Source: Acidimicrobiia bacterium
Lineage (GTDB): Bacteria > Actinomycetota > Acidimicrobiia > Spongiisociales > UBA5794
Assembly (NCBI GenBank): GCA_041608315.1
Contig: JBFISZ010000001.1
Coordinates: forward strand, 1-44,088
Direction: 5' to 3'
Length of the DNA stretch: 44,088 nt
Positions within the stretch are counted from its first letter, which is position 1. Each line of letters opens with the position of its first letter. The position numbers were made by a program, and so were the translations under genes. The notes below the pieces were generated by a model. The model was not told the origin of the DNA and searched no databases. It worked only from the letters and a program-made list of their open reading frames with translations. Shown here piece after piece: positions 26,609-36,196 of this stretch.

Positions 26609-27412
26609 CTAGGCATCGCGGTCTCGTTGCGCCGCCCAGCTCGCCAGGGTCATCTCCGGACCCACGGCCGTCGCCGCCACGGACAGCACCGTGGCCAGCA
26701 CCGAGACGGCAACCGCGCCGAGCACGATCAGCATCACGAGCAGCTGCAGGACGACTGCGTCGATCGGATCGACGCCGGCGAGGAGCAGTCCGGTCATGGC
26801 GCCCGGCAGTGCGATCAACCCGACGACCTTGGTCCGCTCGATGTGGGGCACCAGGGCCAGGCGGGCGGATTGTGGGGCGACGTAGCGCACGACGTGGGGC
26901 CGCTGCATGCCGAGTGCGAGCAGCGCCTCTATCTCGCCGGGACGGCTGCGCACCAACGACACGGTCTGGGCGACACCGCCGACGGCCGATGGCATGGCGT
27001 TGCCCAGAGTGATCCCCACGACCACCACCAGCCGCACGGGCTCGAGCTCGAGCACGTCGAAACCGAATACGACGACAACGCTGAGGACGGCCGACCCGGC
27101 CACGGCGACGATGGCAGGAAGGGTGATGCCCGGCACGCGGGGGGCGCGCCGCAGGACGACCCCGACCGAAACGGAGCTCATGGCCGCCACCCAGAGCCAG
27201 GCCCACAGCTGCGCCAGTGAGGATTCGAAGATCAGCCGGAACAACACGCCGACGGCGATCAGCTGCACGGTCGCCCTGATGGCCGCCCAGACGATCGACC
27301 GCTCGACGCCGACCCGGAGCCGCAGCGAGATCACCACTGCGATCAGGACGAGGGCCAGCGCCGCCAAGATCACCGGAATCGCCGACAGCCCGAATGTGCC
27401 GTCCGGGTTCAC
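26609..27412 (-). CDS. FetB/UPF0014-family ABC permease (putative iron export)
   Basis: 267 aa with multiple TM segments. IEALLALG...ALPGAMTGLLLAG is typical of the YbbM/FetB family. It starts 4 nt after the rimO stop. Confidence 0.7.
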   Translation of the reverse strand: MNPDGTFGLSAIPVILAALALVLIAVVISLRLRVGVERSIVWAAIRATVQLIAVGVLFRLIFESSLAQLWAWLWVAAMSSVSVGVVLRRAPRVPGITLPAIVAVAGSAVLSVVVVFGFDVLELEPVRLVVVVGITLGNAMPSAVGGVAQTVSLVRSRPGEIEALLALGMQRPHVVRYVAPQSARLALVPHIERTKVVGLIALPGAMTGLLLAGVDPIDAVVLQLLVMLIVLGAVAVSVLATVLSVAATAVGPEMTLASWAAQRDRDA

Positions 27413-27416
27413 GCCT

Positions 27417-28742
27417 TCAGCCGATCACTTCCGCCACGAGGTCCGTTCCATAGCCCCCGGTGATCTTGCCGGTGACCCACTCCCCCGGGCGGCCCCGGTC
27501 GAGCAGCACGACCCCGTCGATCTCGGGCGCCTGCCGATAGGAGCGGGCGACCGGCTGGCCATCTTCGACCTGATCGACGAGCAGCTCGAACTCCCGGCCC
27601 ACCTGCGCCAGGTTCCGCGAAGTGGTGATGTCGTCCTGGATCGTCTGCACGTAGCGGAGCCGCTCGGCCACGGCGTCGGCGTCCACCTGGCCGGCGAAGT
27701 GGGCCGCCGGAGTGCCCTCCTCAGGAGAGAATGGGAAGAAGCCCGCCCAGTCGAGCCGGGCGGCCTGAAGGAACTCGGCGAGGGCCTCGACGTGTTCCTC
27801 CGTCTCCCCGGGAAAGCCGACGATGAAGCTCGATCGCAAGGCGGCCTGGGGGGCGACCGACCGAATCGACTCGATGAGGGCGAGGTGCCGCTCACCGCTG
27901 CCGGAGCGCTTCATTGCCCGCAGCAGGTCGGCCGAGGAGTGCTGCAGCGACAGGTCGAAGTAGTCGGCGATCACCGGGTTGGCCGCCATCTCTTCGATCA
28001 AGGCCGGTCGGATCTCGCGGGGATACAGGTAGTAGAGACGGAGCCGGCGCAGCCCGTCGATGTCGGATACGAACCGCAGCAGATCGACGATGCCACCGTC
28101 GCCGGGAGCGGCGATGTCGCGGCCGTACGCCGCCAGGTCCTGCGCCACGAGCACGACCTCGCCGACGCCGGCAGCGGTCAGCTCGGCGATCTCCGTGCGG
28201 ATGTTCACGGGTGATCGCGACTGTTGCTTGCCGCGAAAGAGCGGGATGGCACAGAATGTGCAGCCCTTGTCACAGCCTTCGGCGATCTTCACGTACGCGT
28301 ACGGCGTGGTCGGCGTCGGCCGGGCAGTTCGCCGCAGGATGTCCATGTTGGTGGTCGGCGCCGCGGTGATCCGCAGCGGATGCCAATCGGTCATGTGATC
28401 CAGCCGCCCGATCAGCTCGGGATAGCGGTCCAACCCCACAACAGCGTCGGCTTCGGGGAGCGCCTCGACGAGTTCGGTCTCGTAGCGCTGGGCCATACAA
28501 CCCATCACAACGAGCTTGGCGTCGGACCGCTTGGCCGCGGCCATCTCCAGGATCACGCCGATCGACTCCTCACGGGCGGCCTCGATGAAGGCGCAAGTGT
28601 TCACCATGACGACATCGGCGTCCTCGGGCGAAGCCGCGTGGCGGTACCCGGCGTCGCCGATCATCGACGTGACCTTGTCGGAGTCGACTTGGTTCTTGGA
28701 GCACCCGAGAGTCTCGAGCCAAACGGTGGGGCCGGAAGTCAT
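27417..28742 (-). CDS. rimO: Ribosomal protein S12 methylthiotransferase
   Basis: LGCSKNQVDSD, radical-SAM CDKGCTFCAIP and a C-terminal TRAM domain. Confidence 0.9.
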   Translation of the reverse strand: MTSGPTVWLETLGCSKNQVDSDKVTSMIGDAGYRHAASPEDADVVMVNTCAFIEAAREESIGVILEMAAAKRSDAKLVVMGCMAQRYETELVEALPEADAVVGLDRYPELIGRLDHMTDWHPLRITAAPTTNMDILRRTARPTPTTPYAYVKIAEGCDKGCTFCAIPLFRGKQQSRSPVNIRTEIAELTAAGVGEVVLVAQDLAAYGRDIAAPGDGGIVDLLRFVSDIDGLRRLRLYYLYPREIRPALIEEMAANPVIADYFDLSLQHSSADLLRAMKRSGSGERHLALIESIRSVAPQAALRSSFIVGFPGETEEHVEALAEFLQAARLDWAGFFPFSPEEGTPAAHFAGQVDADAVAERLRYVQTIQDDITTSRNLAQVGREFELLVDQVEDGQPVARSYRQAPEIDGVVLLDRGRPGEWVTGKITGGYGTDLVAEVIG

Positions 28743-28871
28743 CGCGCCGGAGTCTACGGGCGCGACGCGCGCGCCGGTCGCACCGGGCGCGGCCGTGGTC
28801 CAGGCGGCCGCCGAGTCGCGGCGGGGGCACCCGACATGGGACGTTCCCTCGCCGGGGCCGCCGCAGCCACC

Positions 28872-30281
28872 TCAGCTCCGCCCGGCGGACACCGTCTCGA
28901 TCACGGCGCGAACTTCGGCGACGTCGGCTGCGATCACCGTGACGTGACGGGCCCGTTCCTCCAGGCCCACGAACGCAGCCGGGCGGGGCGGCGGCTGCCC
29001 GAGAGCTTCGACGATGGTCGCGCCGAACTTGGCGGCCCGAGCCGTCTCCAGGCAGATCAGCGGCCCCGGGGTGCGCCGGGCACGGCCGACGCACACGCCG
29101 TCGGCCGTGTGCGGGTCGATGATGATGCCGTCCTCGACGGCGACGCGCCGGATCGTCTCGATTCTCCTCGCATGTGAGCTGGAGCCACTGACGATCCACT
29201 CGGCGAGGCCGGCGAATCCCGGGTGGGCGGCGAGATCGAAGCGGCCGCTGCGGGCCAGCTCCTCCCACAGCGCCCCGACCGCCCTGCCGTCGCCGCCGTG
29301 CAGGTCGTATACGAGCCGCTCGAAGTTGGAGGCCTTGGCGATGTCCATCGAGGGGCTCGACGTCTCGATGACCTGGGCGCCGGGGCGCACCCGATAGAGC
29401 CCGGTGCGGAAGAACTCGTCGAGGACGTCGTTCTCGTTCGTGGCCAGGACGAAGCGGATCGGGAGGCCGAGCCGGCGAGCAATCGTCCCGGCGTAGATGT
29501 TGCCGAAGTTGCCCGTCGGCACCGCCATCTGGATCTCCCGATCGACGCCCGGCGCCAGCCGCAGGTACCCCCAGATGTAGTACACGATCTGGGCGGCGAC
29601 CCGGGCCCAGTTGATCGAATTGACCGCTCCGATCGAGTGCCGTGCCTTGAAGGCGGCATCACCGTTGATCGCTTTCACCAGATCCTGGGCCTGATCGAAC
29701 ACTCCCTCGATAGCCAGGTTGACGATGTTCGGGGCGTCGAGGGAGTACATCTGAGCCGCTTGGAACTCGCTCACCCGGCCCCATGGCGACAGCATCACCA
29801 CGCTGATGTTCTCCCGGCCGATCATGGCGTGCTCCGCCGACGACCCGGTGTCGCCCGAGGTGGCGCCGACGACGAGCAGCTTCTCGCCGCGCCGGGCCAG
29901 CTCGGCGTCGAAGAGGCGCCCGAGCAACTGCATAGCCATGTCTTTGAACGCCAGCGTCGGGCCGTTGGAGAGATGGAGCAGCCAGGTGTCGTCGACGAGC
30001 GGCGCCGACGGCGCCACCTCGATCGAGCCGAACACTGCGGCCGAATAGGCGGCGCGGCAGGCCCCGTCGATGGTGGCCCTGTCCATGTCGGGGGCAAAGC
30101 GAGCCATGATCTCGGCCGCCAGCTCGGCATACGACAGGCTCGCCCAGGCCCCGAACTCCTCGATCGAGATGTCCGGGAGCGACTCCGGCACGTACAACCC
30201 ACCGTCGGGGGCCAACCCGGTGATCATGGCGTCGGCGAAGCTCACGGCGGGGGCACCACCTCGGGTGCTGACGTATCTCAT
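28872..30281 (-). CDS. thrC: Threonine synthase (long form)
   Basis: MRYVSTRG....F.DA...GLAPDGGLYVP and the PLP-lysine motif PTLAFKDMAMQ. ATG 30281 overlaps the upstream stop (ATGA). Confidence 0.9.
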   Translation of the reverse strand: MRYVSTRGGAPAVSFADAMITGLAPDGGLYVPESLPDISIEEFGAWASLSYAELAAEIMARFAPDMDRATIDGACRAAYSAAVFGSIEVAPSAPLVDDTWLLHLSNGPTLAFKDMAMQLLGRLFDAELARRGEKLLVVGATSGDTGSSAEHAMIGRENISVVMLSPWGRVSEFQAAQMYSLDAPNIVNLAIEGVFDQAQDLVKAINGDAAFKARHSIGAVNSINWARVAAQIVYYIWGYLRLAPGVDREIQMAVPTGNFGNIYAGTIARRLGLPIRFVLATNENDVLDEFFRTGLYRVRPGAQVIETSSPSMDIAKASNFERLVYDLHGGDGRAVGALWEELARSGRFDLAAHPGFAGLAEWIVSGSSSHARRIETIRRVAVEDGIIIDPHTADGVCVGRARRTPGPLICLETARAAKFGATIVEALGQPPPRPAAFVGLEERARHVTVIAADVAEVRAVIETVSAGRS

Positions 30282-31156
30282 AGCGGCACGAGCTCTCGCT
30301 TCCGCTGCCGGAACCGCACACGCTCCGAGTAGCCGGCCGCCCGGGCATAGTCCCTGATCTCGTCGAAGTCGCGGGCGCACTCGTGCGGATAATGGGCATC
30401 ACTGGCCAGTGTGATGGCGACTCCGGCCTCATGGAACATCTTCAAGAACTCTTCGGCCGGATAGGGCTCGACGATCGCCCTGTGCAACCCCGCCGAAGAC
30501 ACCTCGACCGCAGTGCCGCTGGCCGCCGCCGCCGCCACCACAGGGCGATACAGCTCGAGTGGAGCCTCCCTGAGTCGGCGCCCCGTCTTCTTGACTACGT
30601 CGGCATGGGCCAGGGCATCGACTACCCCAGAAGCCGCCAACTGGGACTCGAGCTCGAAGTATTGCTCGTAGGCGGTTCTCACTCCGCGACGGTCGAACTC
30701 GAAGTCGGCGTCCTCGTGATCGACGGACCAGGCTCCGATCCAGTGCACCGATCCGATGAGAAAGTCCCATGGGTACGGTTCGAGCAACGCCATGACCGAG
30801 GCGATTGTCTCGGGAAAGAAGTCGACTTCCAGCCCGAGCAGAACGGGCAGCCCTCGATCCTTGGCAGCCAAGACGGCGTCGACATACCGGTCGAGGGACA
30901 GCGTGCGGTCCTCCTCTACAAACGCCCGGGCCTGAGCCGCGACGTCCGGGTTCGACGGGTCCTCCCAGAAGGGACCGAGTACCTCGGTCGACTCGACACA
31001 CCGATAGAGGTGCTCGGTGAAGCCGACCTCGTCCTCACCCCGCCCCAGCGCCGTCGTCACATATGCCTCGATGTGATCGGGGGGATAGACGCCGAGCGCC
31101 GGCCCCGTGCCGTCGTACGGCCCGTGCGGATGGAGATGCACGTGGTAGTCGCCCAT
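30278..31156 (-). CDS. PHP-domain histidinol-phosphatase family protein
   Basis: MGDYHVHLHPHG, FTEHLY, GSVHW and SDAHYP metal-binding motifs of the PHP/HisK type. Confidence 0.75.
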   Translation of the reverse strand: MGDYHVHLHPHGPYDGTGPALGVYPPDHIEAYVTTALGRGEDEVGFTEHLYRCVESTEVLGPFWEDPSNPDVAAQARAFVEEDRTLSLDRYVDAVLAAKDRGLPVLLGLEVDFFPETIASVMALLEPYPWDFLIGSVHWIGAWSVDHEDADFEFDRRGVRTAYEQYFELESQLAASGVVDALAHADVVKKTGRRLREAPLELYRPVVAAAAASGTAVEVSSAGLHRAIVEPYPAEEFLKMFHEAGVAITLASDAHYPHECARDFDEIRDYARAAGYSERVRFRQRKRELVPL

Positions 31157-31236
31157 GGGCGCGAGGCTAGCGGTAGGCGGCAGGATCGCTCGAAGCCCCC
31201 GGTTCCCATGGTTGTGAGCCGGCCCAAAGGCCTCGA

Positions 31237-31521
31237 CTAGCCGCGCAGCTCGTCGATCAACCCACTGAGCGGACCGACGCCGAGCACGGCGACGAGACCG
31301 TCCCATCCGGCATCGTCGATCGCCTCGCCGCGGTCGAGGCGGTCGGCCAGCGGAGCCACAGCGGTGTCGAGGCCGGAGTAGATCCCGATCTGGTCGAGAT
31401 CGGCGGCCTGGGCCGCAGTCCTTCTCGCCTTGGCGGCGTTGCCGGCACCGAGGGCCCGGAGCGCTTGTTCTGCTGCGGTCAGAGCACGGCGCTGTTTCTG
31501 GCCGTCGAATCCTTCGTGCAT
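31237..31521 (-). CDS. Small hypothetical protein
   Basis: 94 aa from ATG 31521, helical and Ala-rich. No family was recognised. Confidence 0.4.
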   Translation of the reverse strand: MHEGFDGQKQRRALTAAEQALRALGAGNAAKARRTAAQAADLDQIGIYSGLDTAVAPLADRLDRGEAIDDAGWDGLVAVLGVGPLSGLIDELRG

Positions 31522-31564
31522 GGCCCGTATCGTATTGCCGGGACTGCGCCTAAGCTCGCACGCC

Positions 31565-32155
31565 ATGGACGACTACAGACTGCTCGGTCCGATTCGTCAC
31601 CTCCAGATCCAGAGGGAGACGCTGCGGATCGGTGTGCGCCCCGATCGGGTGTACAGAACCGACCCGTTGGCGAGCGTTCCCGCTCTTGCGCTGTCCCCCG
31701 CGGGCCCGATCGCCAAGATCGACGGAGGCTGGATGGTCGACACCCACCACACCGCCCACCCCGCCAATGCCCAACCCAACCTCGATCGCCTGCTCTCGGT
31801 CGGTTTCACCTCCCACTACGCCGCGATGGCGGACCACTTCGGATCCGCGACCATCGGCGATGCGGGCGAGAACGTGGTCATCGAAGCCGATGAAATAGTC
31901 ACCGAAGATCAGATCGCCGGCGGGCTCATGATCGAACGGCCCGGCGGCACCATCGAGCTGAAGGCGCCCGCCGTCGCCGAACCGTGCGTGCCCTTCACCC
32001 GTTTCCGGCTCGGCGACCCGGCCGCCGACCTGGAGCTGGTCAAGCCCCATCGCGAGTTCCTGCGCCGCGGCATGCGCGGCTACGTGATGGGCCTGGGCAA
32101 CCTCACCGGCGCCGTCGAGGTCGCAGTCGGCGACCTGGTGTACGCCCGGCCGTAG
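31565..32155 (+). CDS. MOSC-like beta-barrel domain protein
   Basis: IGDAGENVVIE....I..G..........IELK....AEPCVPF resembles the MOSC domain core with its conserved Cys. Confidence 0.5.
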   Translation: MDDYRLLGPIRHLQIQRETLRIGVRPDRVYRTDPLASVPALALSPAGPIAKIDGGWMVDTHHTAHPANAQPNLDRLLSVGFTSHYAAMADHFGSATIGDAGENVVIEADEIVTEDQIAGGLMIERPGGTIELKAPAVAEPCVPFTRFRLGDPAADLELVKPHREFLRRGMRGYVMGLGNLTGAVEVAVGDLVYARP

Positions 32156-32179
32156 CGCCCCCGGCCCGTCCTCCCCGGC

Positions 32180-32917
32180 CTAGGTCGTGAACAGCCGGAA
32201 GGCGGCCACTATGGCGGCGGCTACCAGCACCCATCGAATCCACGACGCCCCCTTGGCGATCGCCAGCTTGGCGGCGATCCAGGCGCCCAACATCTGCCCG
32301 ACCGCCAGCACCGCGCCCACGCTCCAATCCACCTGGGCCGCATTGGCGAACAGCAGCAGCGCCACCGGCGTGTATGCCGCAATCAAAACGACCTTGGCGG
32401 CGTTGCCATTCACGAGCGTCAGCCCGCCGCCGAGCACGAGCCCGGCGAGCAGCAGAAAGCCGACACCGGCCTGGACGAACCCGCCGTAGAAGCCGACGGC
32501 GAGGAACACCAGTGACCGCCACGGCTCGTGAAGGGCTGCATCGCGCTCTTCCACCCAGCGGCTCGGCTTGGCGACGACGGACAGCGCAACGAACAACAGC
32601 ACCACACCGAACACCTGGCGCAGCACATCCGGCGAGGTTCGGGTCGCCGCCCACGCCCCGAGGGCCGCGCCGATGATCGCAGGCGGCAGCAGCGGCAGCA
32701 CCCGCGCCCAGGGAATCGCCTTGCCCCGCTGGAATCCGGTGATGGCGGCGAACTGGGCGGCGAGTATGGCGATGCGGTTGGTTCCGTTGGCCGTCGCGAT
32801 GCCCACCAACTCGTTGAGGATCGGGATCGTGATCGCCGAGCCCCCGCCGGCCAGCGTGTTGATGAAGCCGGCGGCCAGGCCCCCGAAGACGAGAATGACG
32901 GCGTCGAGAATGGACAA
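32180..32917 (-). CDS. TauE/SafE family anion exporter (DUF81)
   Basis: Polytopic membrane protein with GGLAAGFINTLAGGGSAITIP and GFYGGFVQAGVGFLLL repeats. Proposed TTG start at 32917; the longer ORF extension is an alternative frame of the E2 gene. Confidence 0.75.
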   Translation of the reverse strand: MSILDAVILVFGGLAAGFINTLAGGGSAITIPILNELVGIATANGTNRIAILAAQFAAITGFQRGKAIPWARVLPLLPPAIIGAALGAWAATRTSPDVLRQVFGVVLLFVALSVVAKPSRWVEERDAALHEPWRSLVFLAVGFYGGFVQAGVGFLLLAGLVLGGGLTLVNGNAAKVVLIAAYTPVALLLFANAAQVDWSVGAVLAVGQMLGAWIAAKLAIAKGASWIRWVLVAAAIVAAFRLFTT

Positions 32918-32919
32918 AC

Positions 32920-34047
32920 TCAGCCGCCCAGGGCGGCGATCACGGCCGCCATGAAAGCCCGCCCGGTGGCGCCGTCGATGATGCGGTGGTCGTAGCTGAG
33001 GCTCAGCGGGAACTCCCGTCCCACCACGATCGCGCCGTCTCTCACGACCGGCACCGGATCGGCCCGACCGACGGAGAGTATCGCCGACGTCCCCAGCGGC
33101 ACCAGCGGAGTCCCGTAGCCACCGCCGACGGCGCCGATGTTCGAGATGGTGAACGTCTGGCCCCGCAACTCCTCGGGAGCGAGCTTGCGGGCCTTGGCGG
33201 CCTCCGCGAGACGACGCACCTCGGCATCGAGCTCCGCCACGTTCTTGCCGGCGGCGGCGGGCACCACGGCGACCAGAAGGCCCGCCGGGGTGTCGACCGC
33301 AATGCCGACGTCGTAGTACTTGCGGTAGACGATATCGTCGCCGGCGATGGCGGCGTTGAACTCGGGGAACTGCTCCAACGCCGGCACGACGGCCTTGATC
33401 AGCATCGCTTCGAGCATCGGCTTGCCGAGGGCGCGGCGCAGCTCGAGCAGCGGCTCGGCCGCAACGGCGTCGTAGATCGTGACGTGGGGGATCTCGCGCC
33501 ACGACCGCGACAGATGCTCCGCAATCGACTTGCGGGTGGCGCTCATCGGGACTCGCTCTGTCGGCCCCGCCGCGGTCGAGGTGGCGCGCCGGACGTCTTC
33601 TTCGGTGATCCGCCCTCCGACTCCCGAACCGGTCACCGCCGCCAGATCCACCGCGAGCTCGGTCGCCAGGCGGCGCACCTTGGGCAGGGCCTCCACTTCG
33701 CCGGAGCCGGCGGCCGCGACGGTGGCCGGAGCTTCGTCGAGGGTGCCGACGATGGGAGCGGCGTCGGCAGATGCGGGCGGCGCGCCGGTGCTGGGATCCC
33801 AGGCCTCACCCGGCTCGCCTATGACGACGAGCAGCGCATCTACCGCGATCGTGTCGCCGGCAGCGGCGCCCTGGTGGAGGACCACCCCGGCAAAGGGAGC
33901 CGGGATGTCGACGACGGCCTTGTCCGTCTCGACCTCCACGAGCGGCTCGTCGAGACCGACCGATGCGCCGACGTCGACGTACCAAGACACGATCGTGGCC
34001 TCGGTGAGGCCCTCTCCGATGTCGGGCAAGTGAAACTCGTTGGCCAC
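32920..34047 (-). CDS. 2-oxoacid dehydrogenase E2 (dihydrolipoamide acyltransferase)
   Basis: Lipoyl domain (VEVETDKAVVDIPAP), E3-binding domain (ALPKVRRLATELAVDL) and catalytic DHR..DG motif (SLSYDHRIIDGA). GTG start at 34047. Confidence 0.9.
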   Translation of the reverse strand: MANEFHLPDIGEGLTEATIVSWYVDVGASVGLDEPLVEVETDKAVVDIPAPFAGVVLHQGAAAGDTIAVDALLVVIGEPGEAWDPSTGAPPASADAAPIVGTLDEAPATVAAAGSGEVEALPKVRRLATELAVDLAAVTGSGVGGRITEEDVRRATSTAAGPTERVPMSATRKSIAEHLSRSWREIPHVTIYDAVAAEPLLELRRALGKPMLEAMLIKAVVPALEQFPEFNAAIAGDDIVYRKYYDVGIAVDTPAGLLVAVVPAAAGKNVAELDAEVRRLAEAAKARKLAPEELRGQTFTISNIGAVGGGYGTPLVPLGTSAILSVGRADPVPVVRDGAIVVGREFPLSLSYDHRIIDGATGRAFMAAVIAALGG

Positions 34048-34054
34048 GGTTCTC

Positions 34055-35029
34055 TCACGCCTCCAGAGTCCGGCGGGCGGCAGCGACCACCCGGCCGACC
34101 GACGGGACAAAGTGCTTCTCGGCGCGCCGCAGAGGGACGACGATGTCGTATCCGGTGACACGCTCGACCGGCGCGTTCAGTGAGTAGAGGGCCTTCTCCT
34201 GGATCTGGGCAACGACCTCGGCGGCAAACCCTGCGCTGCGCGGAGCCTCCTGCACCACGACGACGCGGCCGGTGCGCTGCGCCGAGTCGACTACCAACTC
34301 GGCGTCGAAAGGCACCAAAGAGCGGAGATCGATCACGTCGACCGAGACGCCTTCGGCGGTGAGCTGGTCGGCGGCGGCATTGACCTCGCGCATCATGGAG
34401 CCGTACCCGACCAGGGAAACGTCGGTGCCCTGCCGGAGATGAGCGGCGACTCCGAGCGGCACTCGATAGGGCGCATCGGGAACTTCCTGCTTGATTGCGC
34501 GATAGAGGCGGATCGGCTCCAGGAAGATCACCGGGTCGGGGTCGTCGATCGCCGCCAGCAGCATGCCCTTGGCGTCGTAAGGCGTCGCCGGGACGACCAC
34601 CTTCACGCCCGGAGCCTGCACGTATATCGCTTCCGCCGACTCTGAATGGTGCTCGGCGGCACCGATGCCCGCCCCATAGGGAATCCGGATGACCAGCGGA
34701 GCCGTGAAGCGGCCCCGGGAGCGATTCCGAATCCGGGCGACGTGGTTGATGATCTGGTCGTAGGCCGGGTAGGAGAAGCCCATGAACTGGATCTCGGCGA
34801 TCGGCCTGATCCCGGTGATCGCCATCCCGAAGGCGGCGCCGACGATGCCCGATTCCGCCACCGGCGTGTCGATGACCCGGTCGGGCCCGTACTTCTGGTG
34901 GAGCCCGTCGGTCACCCGAAAGACGCCACCGGTGGTACCGACATCCTCGCCGAGCAGGACGACCTTCTCGTCCTCTAGTGCGCTACTGAGCGCCGCATTC
35001 AGCGCCTGGGCAATGTTGAGCTCAGCCAC
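34055..35029 (-). CDS. 2-oxoacid dehydrogenase E1 beta subunit
   Basis: LNIAQALNAAL...VVLLGEDVG..GGVFRVT.GL..KYG..RVIDTP is typical of a transketolase-like E1 beta. The GTG start overlaps the E1 alpha stop region. Confidence 0.9.
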   Translation of the reverse strand: MAELNIAQALNAALSSALEDEKVVLLGEDVGTTGGVFRVTDGLHQKYGPDRVIDTPVAESGIVGAAFGMAITGIRPIAEIQFMGFSYPAYDQIINHVARIRNRSRGRFTAPLVIRIPYGAGIGAAEHHSESAEAIYVQAPGVKVVVPATPYDAKGMLLAAIDDPDPVIFLEPIRLYRAIKQEVPDAPYRVPLGVAAHLRQGTDVSLVGYGSMMREVNAAADQLTAEGVSVDVIDLRSLVPFDAELVVDSAQRTGRVVVVQEAPRSAGFAAEVVAQIQEKALYSLNAPVERVTGYDIVVPLRRAEKHFVPSVGRVVAAARRTLEA

Positions 35030-36056
35030 GCTCGGCCTCGGCTCGCTGCTCGCGAAGCTGCGCCGTGGGCGCGGCGTACATGGCGTCGAAGATCTCGCCG
35101 GCAGTGAACGGCGCCAGCGCCTCGGCCTCGGCAACGACATCTTCGATCGCCTGTGCCTGCACCTCCTCGATTTCGTGTTGCCAGGCCTCGTCCCACGCAT
35201 CGTGGGCGGCCAGGTACAACCGCACCCGCTCCAGTGGATCGCGCTCTCGCCACTCGGTCACGCTGGCTTCGGAGCGATAGCGGCCGGGGTCGTCTGCGGT
35301 GGTGTGAGGTCCCACCCGGAAGGTGAGTGCTTCGATGAAGGTCGGCCCGCGGCCGCTCCGGGCATCGGCGACAGCGGCGGCCGTGACCTGATAGGTGGCG
35401 AGCAGGTCGTTGCCGTCGACGCGCCTGCCCTCCATGCCGTAGGCGATTGCCTTGTGGGCGATCGTCTCCGACCTGGTCTGCCGCTCTGTAGGCATGGAGA
35501 TCGCCCACCCGTTGTTCTGGCACAAGAAGACCGTCGCCGTCTCGAACACGGCGGCAAAGTTCATGGCCTCGTGGAAATCTCCCTCCGACGTGGCCCCGTC
35601 GCCGAACAAGGTGAGCGCCACGCCATCGGACCCCAAGAGCCGTTCCCCCCAGGCAAGGCCGACTGCGTGGATCATGTGGCCGCCAACGGTGATCGACGGC
35701 GGCAGCACGCGGACGCCCTCCGGCGTCTGCCCGCCCCTTTCGTCTCCGGTGCGACCGAGCAGCAGGTTGCGCCACGTGTAACCGTGCATCCACATGGCGG
35801 CCCCGTCGCGATACGAGCCGACCACCCAGTCCTGCGGTGAAAGCGCGGCGGCGGCGCCGATCTGGGACGCCTCCTGGCCTTCGAACGGTGAATACGTGGC
35901 CAGCCGGCCCTGCCGCTGCATGGCCGAGGCCTTGCGGTCGAAGACCCGCGCCGAGAGCATCGCCTGATACAGCCGCCGCAGCTCCGCGATTTCGAGCGGC
36001 GACTCCCCCCGCAGCGTGCCGTCCGGGGCGAGGATCTGGAGGGGTTCGTGGGACAT
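35022..36056 (-). CDS. 2-oxoacid dehydrogenase E1 alpha subunit (TPP-dependent)
   Basis: TPP-binding motif GDGATSEGDFHEAMNFA...NNGWAISMP. ATG at 36056. Substrate (branched-chain, pyruvate or acetoin) cannot be told from the sequence alone. Confidence 0.9.
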   Translation of the reverse strand: MSHEPLQILAPDGTLRGESPLEIAELRRLYQAMLSARVFDRKASAMQRQGRLATYSPFEGQEASQIGAAAALSPQDWVVGSYRDGAAMWMHGYTWRNLLLGRTGDERGGQTPEGVRVLPPSITVGGHMIHAVGLAWGERLLGSDGVALTLFGDGATSEGDFHEAMNFAAVFETATVFLCQNNGWAISMPTERQTRSETIAHKAIAYGMEGRRVDGNDLLATYQVTAAAVADARSGRGPTFIEALTFRVGPHTTADDPGRYRSEASVTEWRERDPLERVRLYLAAHDAWDEAWQHEIEEVQAQAIEDVVAEAEALAPFTAGEIFDAMYAAPTAQLREQRAEAERG

Positions 36057-36196
36057 CGGCGGCAGGCTAACGGATGTGGCGCGGCCGCTGACGATCGACC
36101 TGCAATGCCGGTCGGTGCGCACCTTCCCCGCCCCGGCCGGCCGGGGCGCCCGGAGCGTCTACCCTTCCTCCCGCTCGTGGCTGCAGGAGGCACAAC

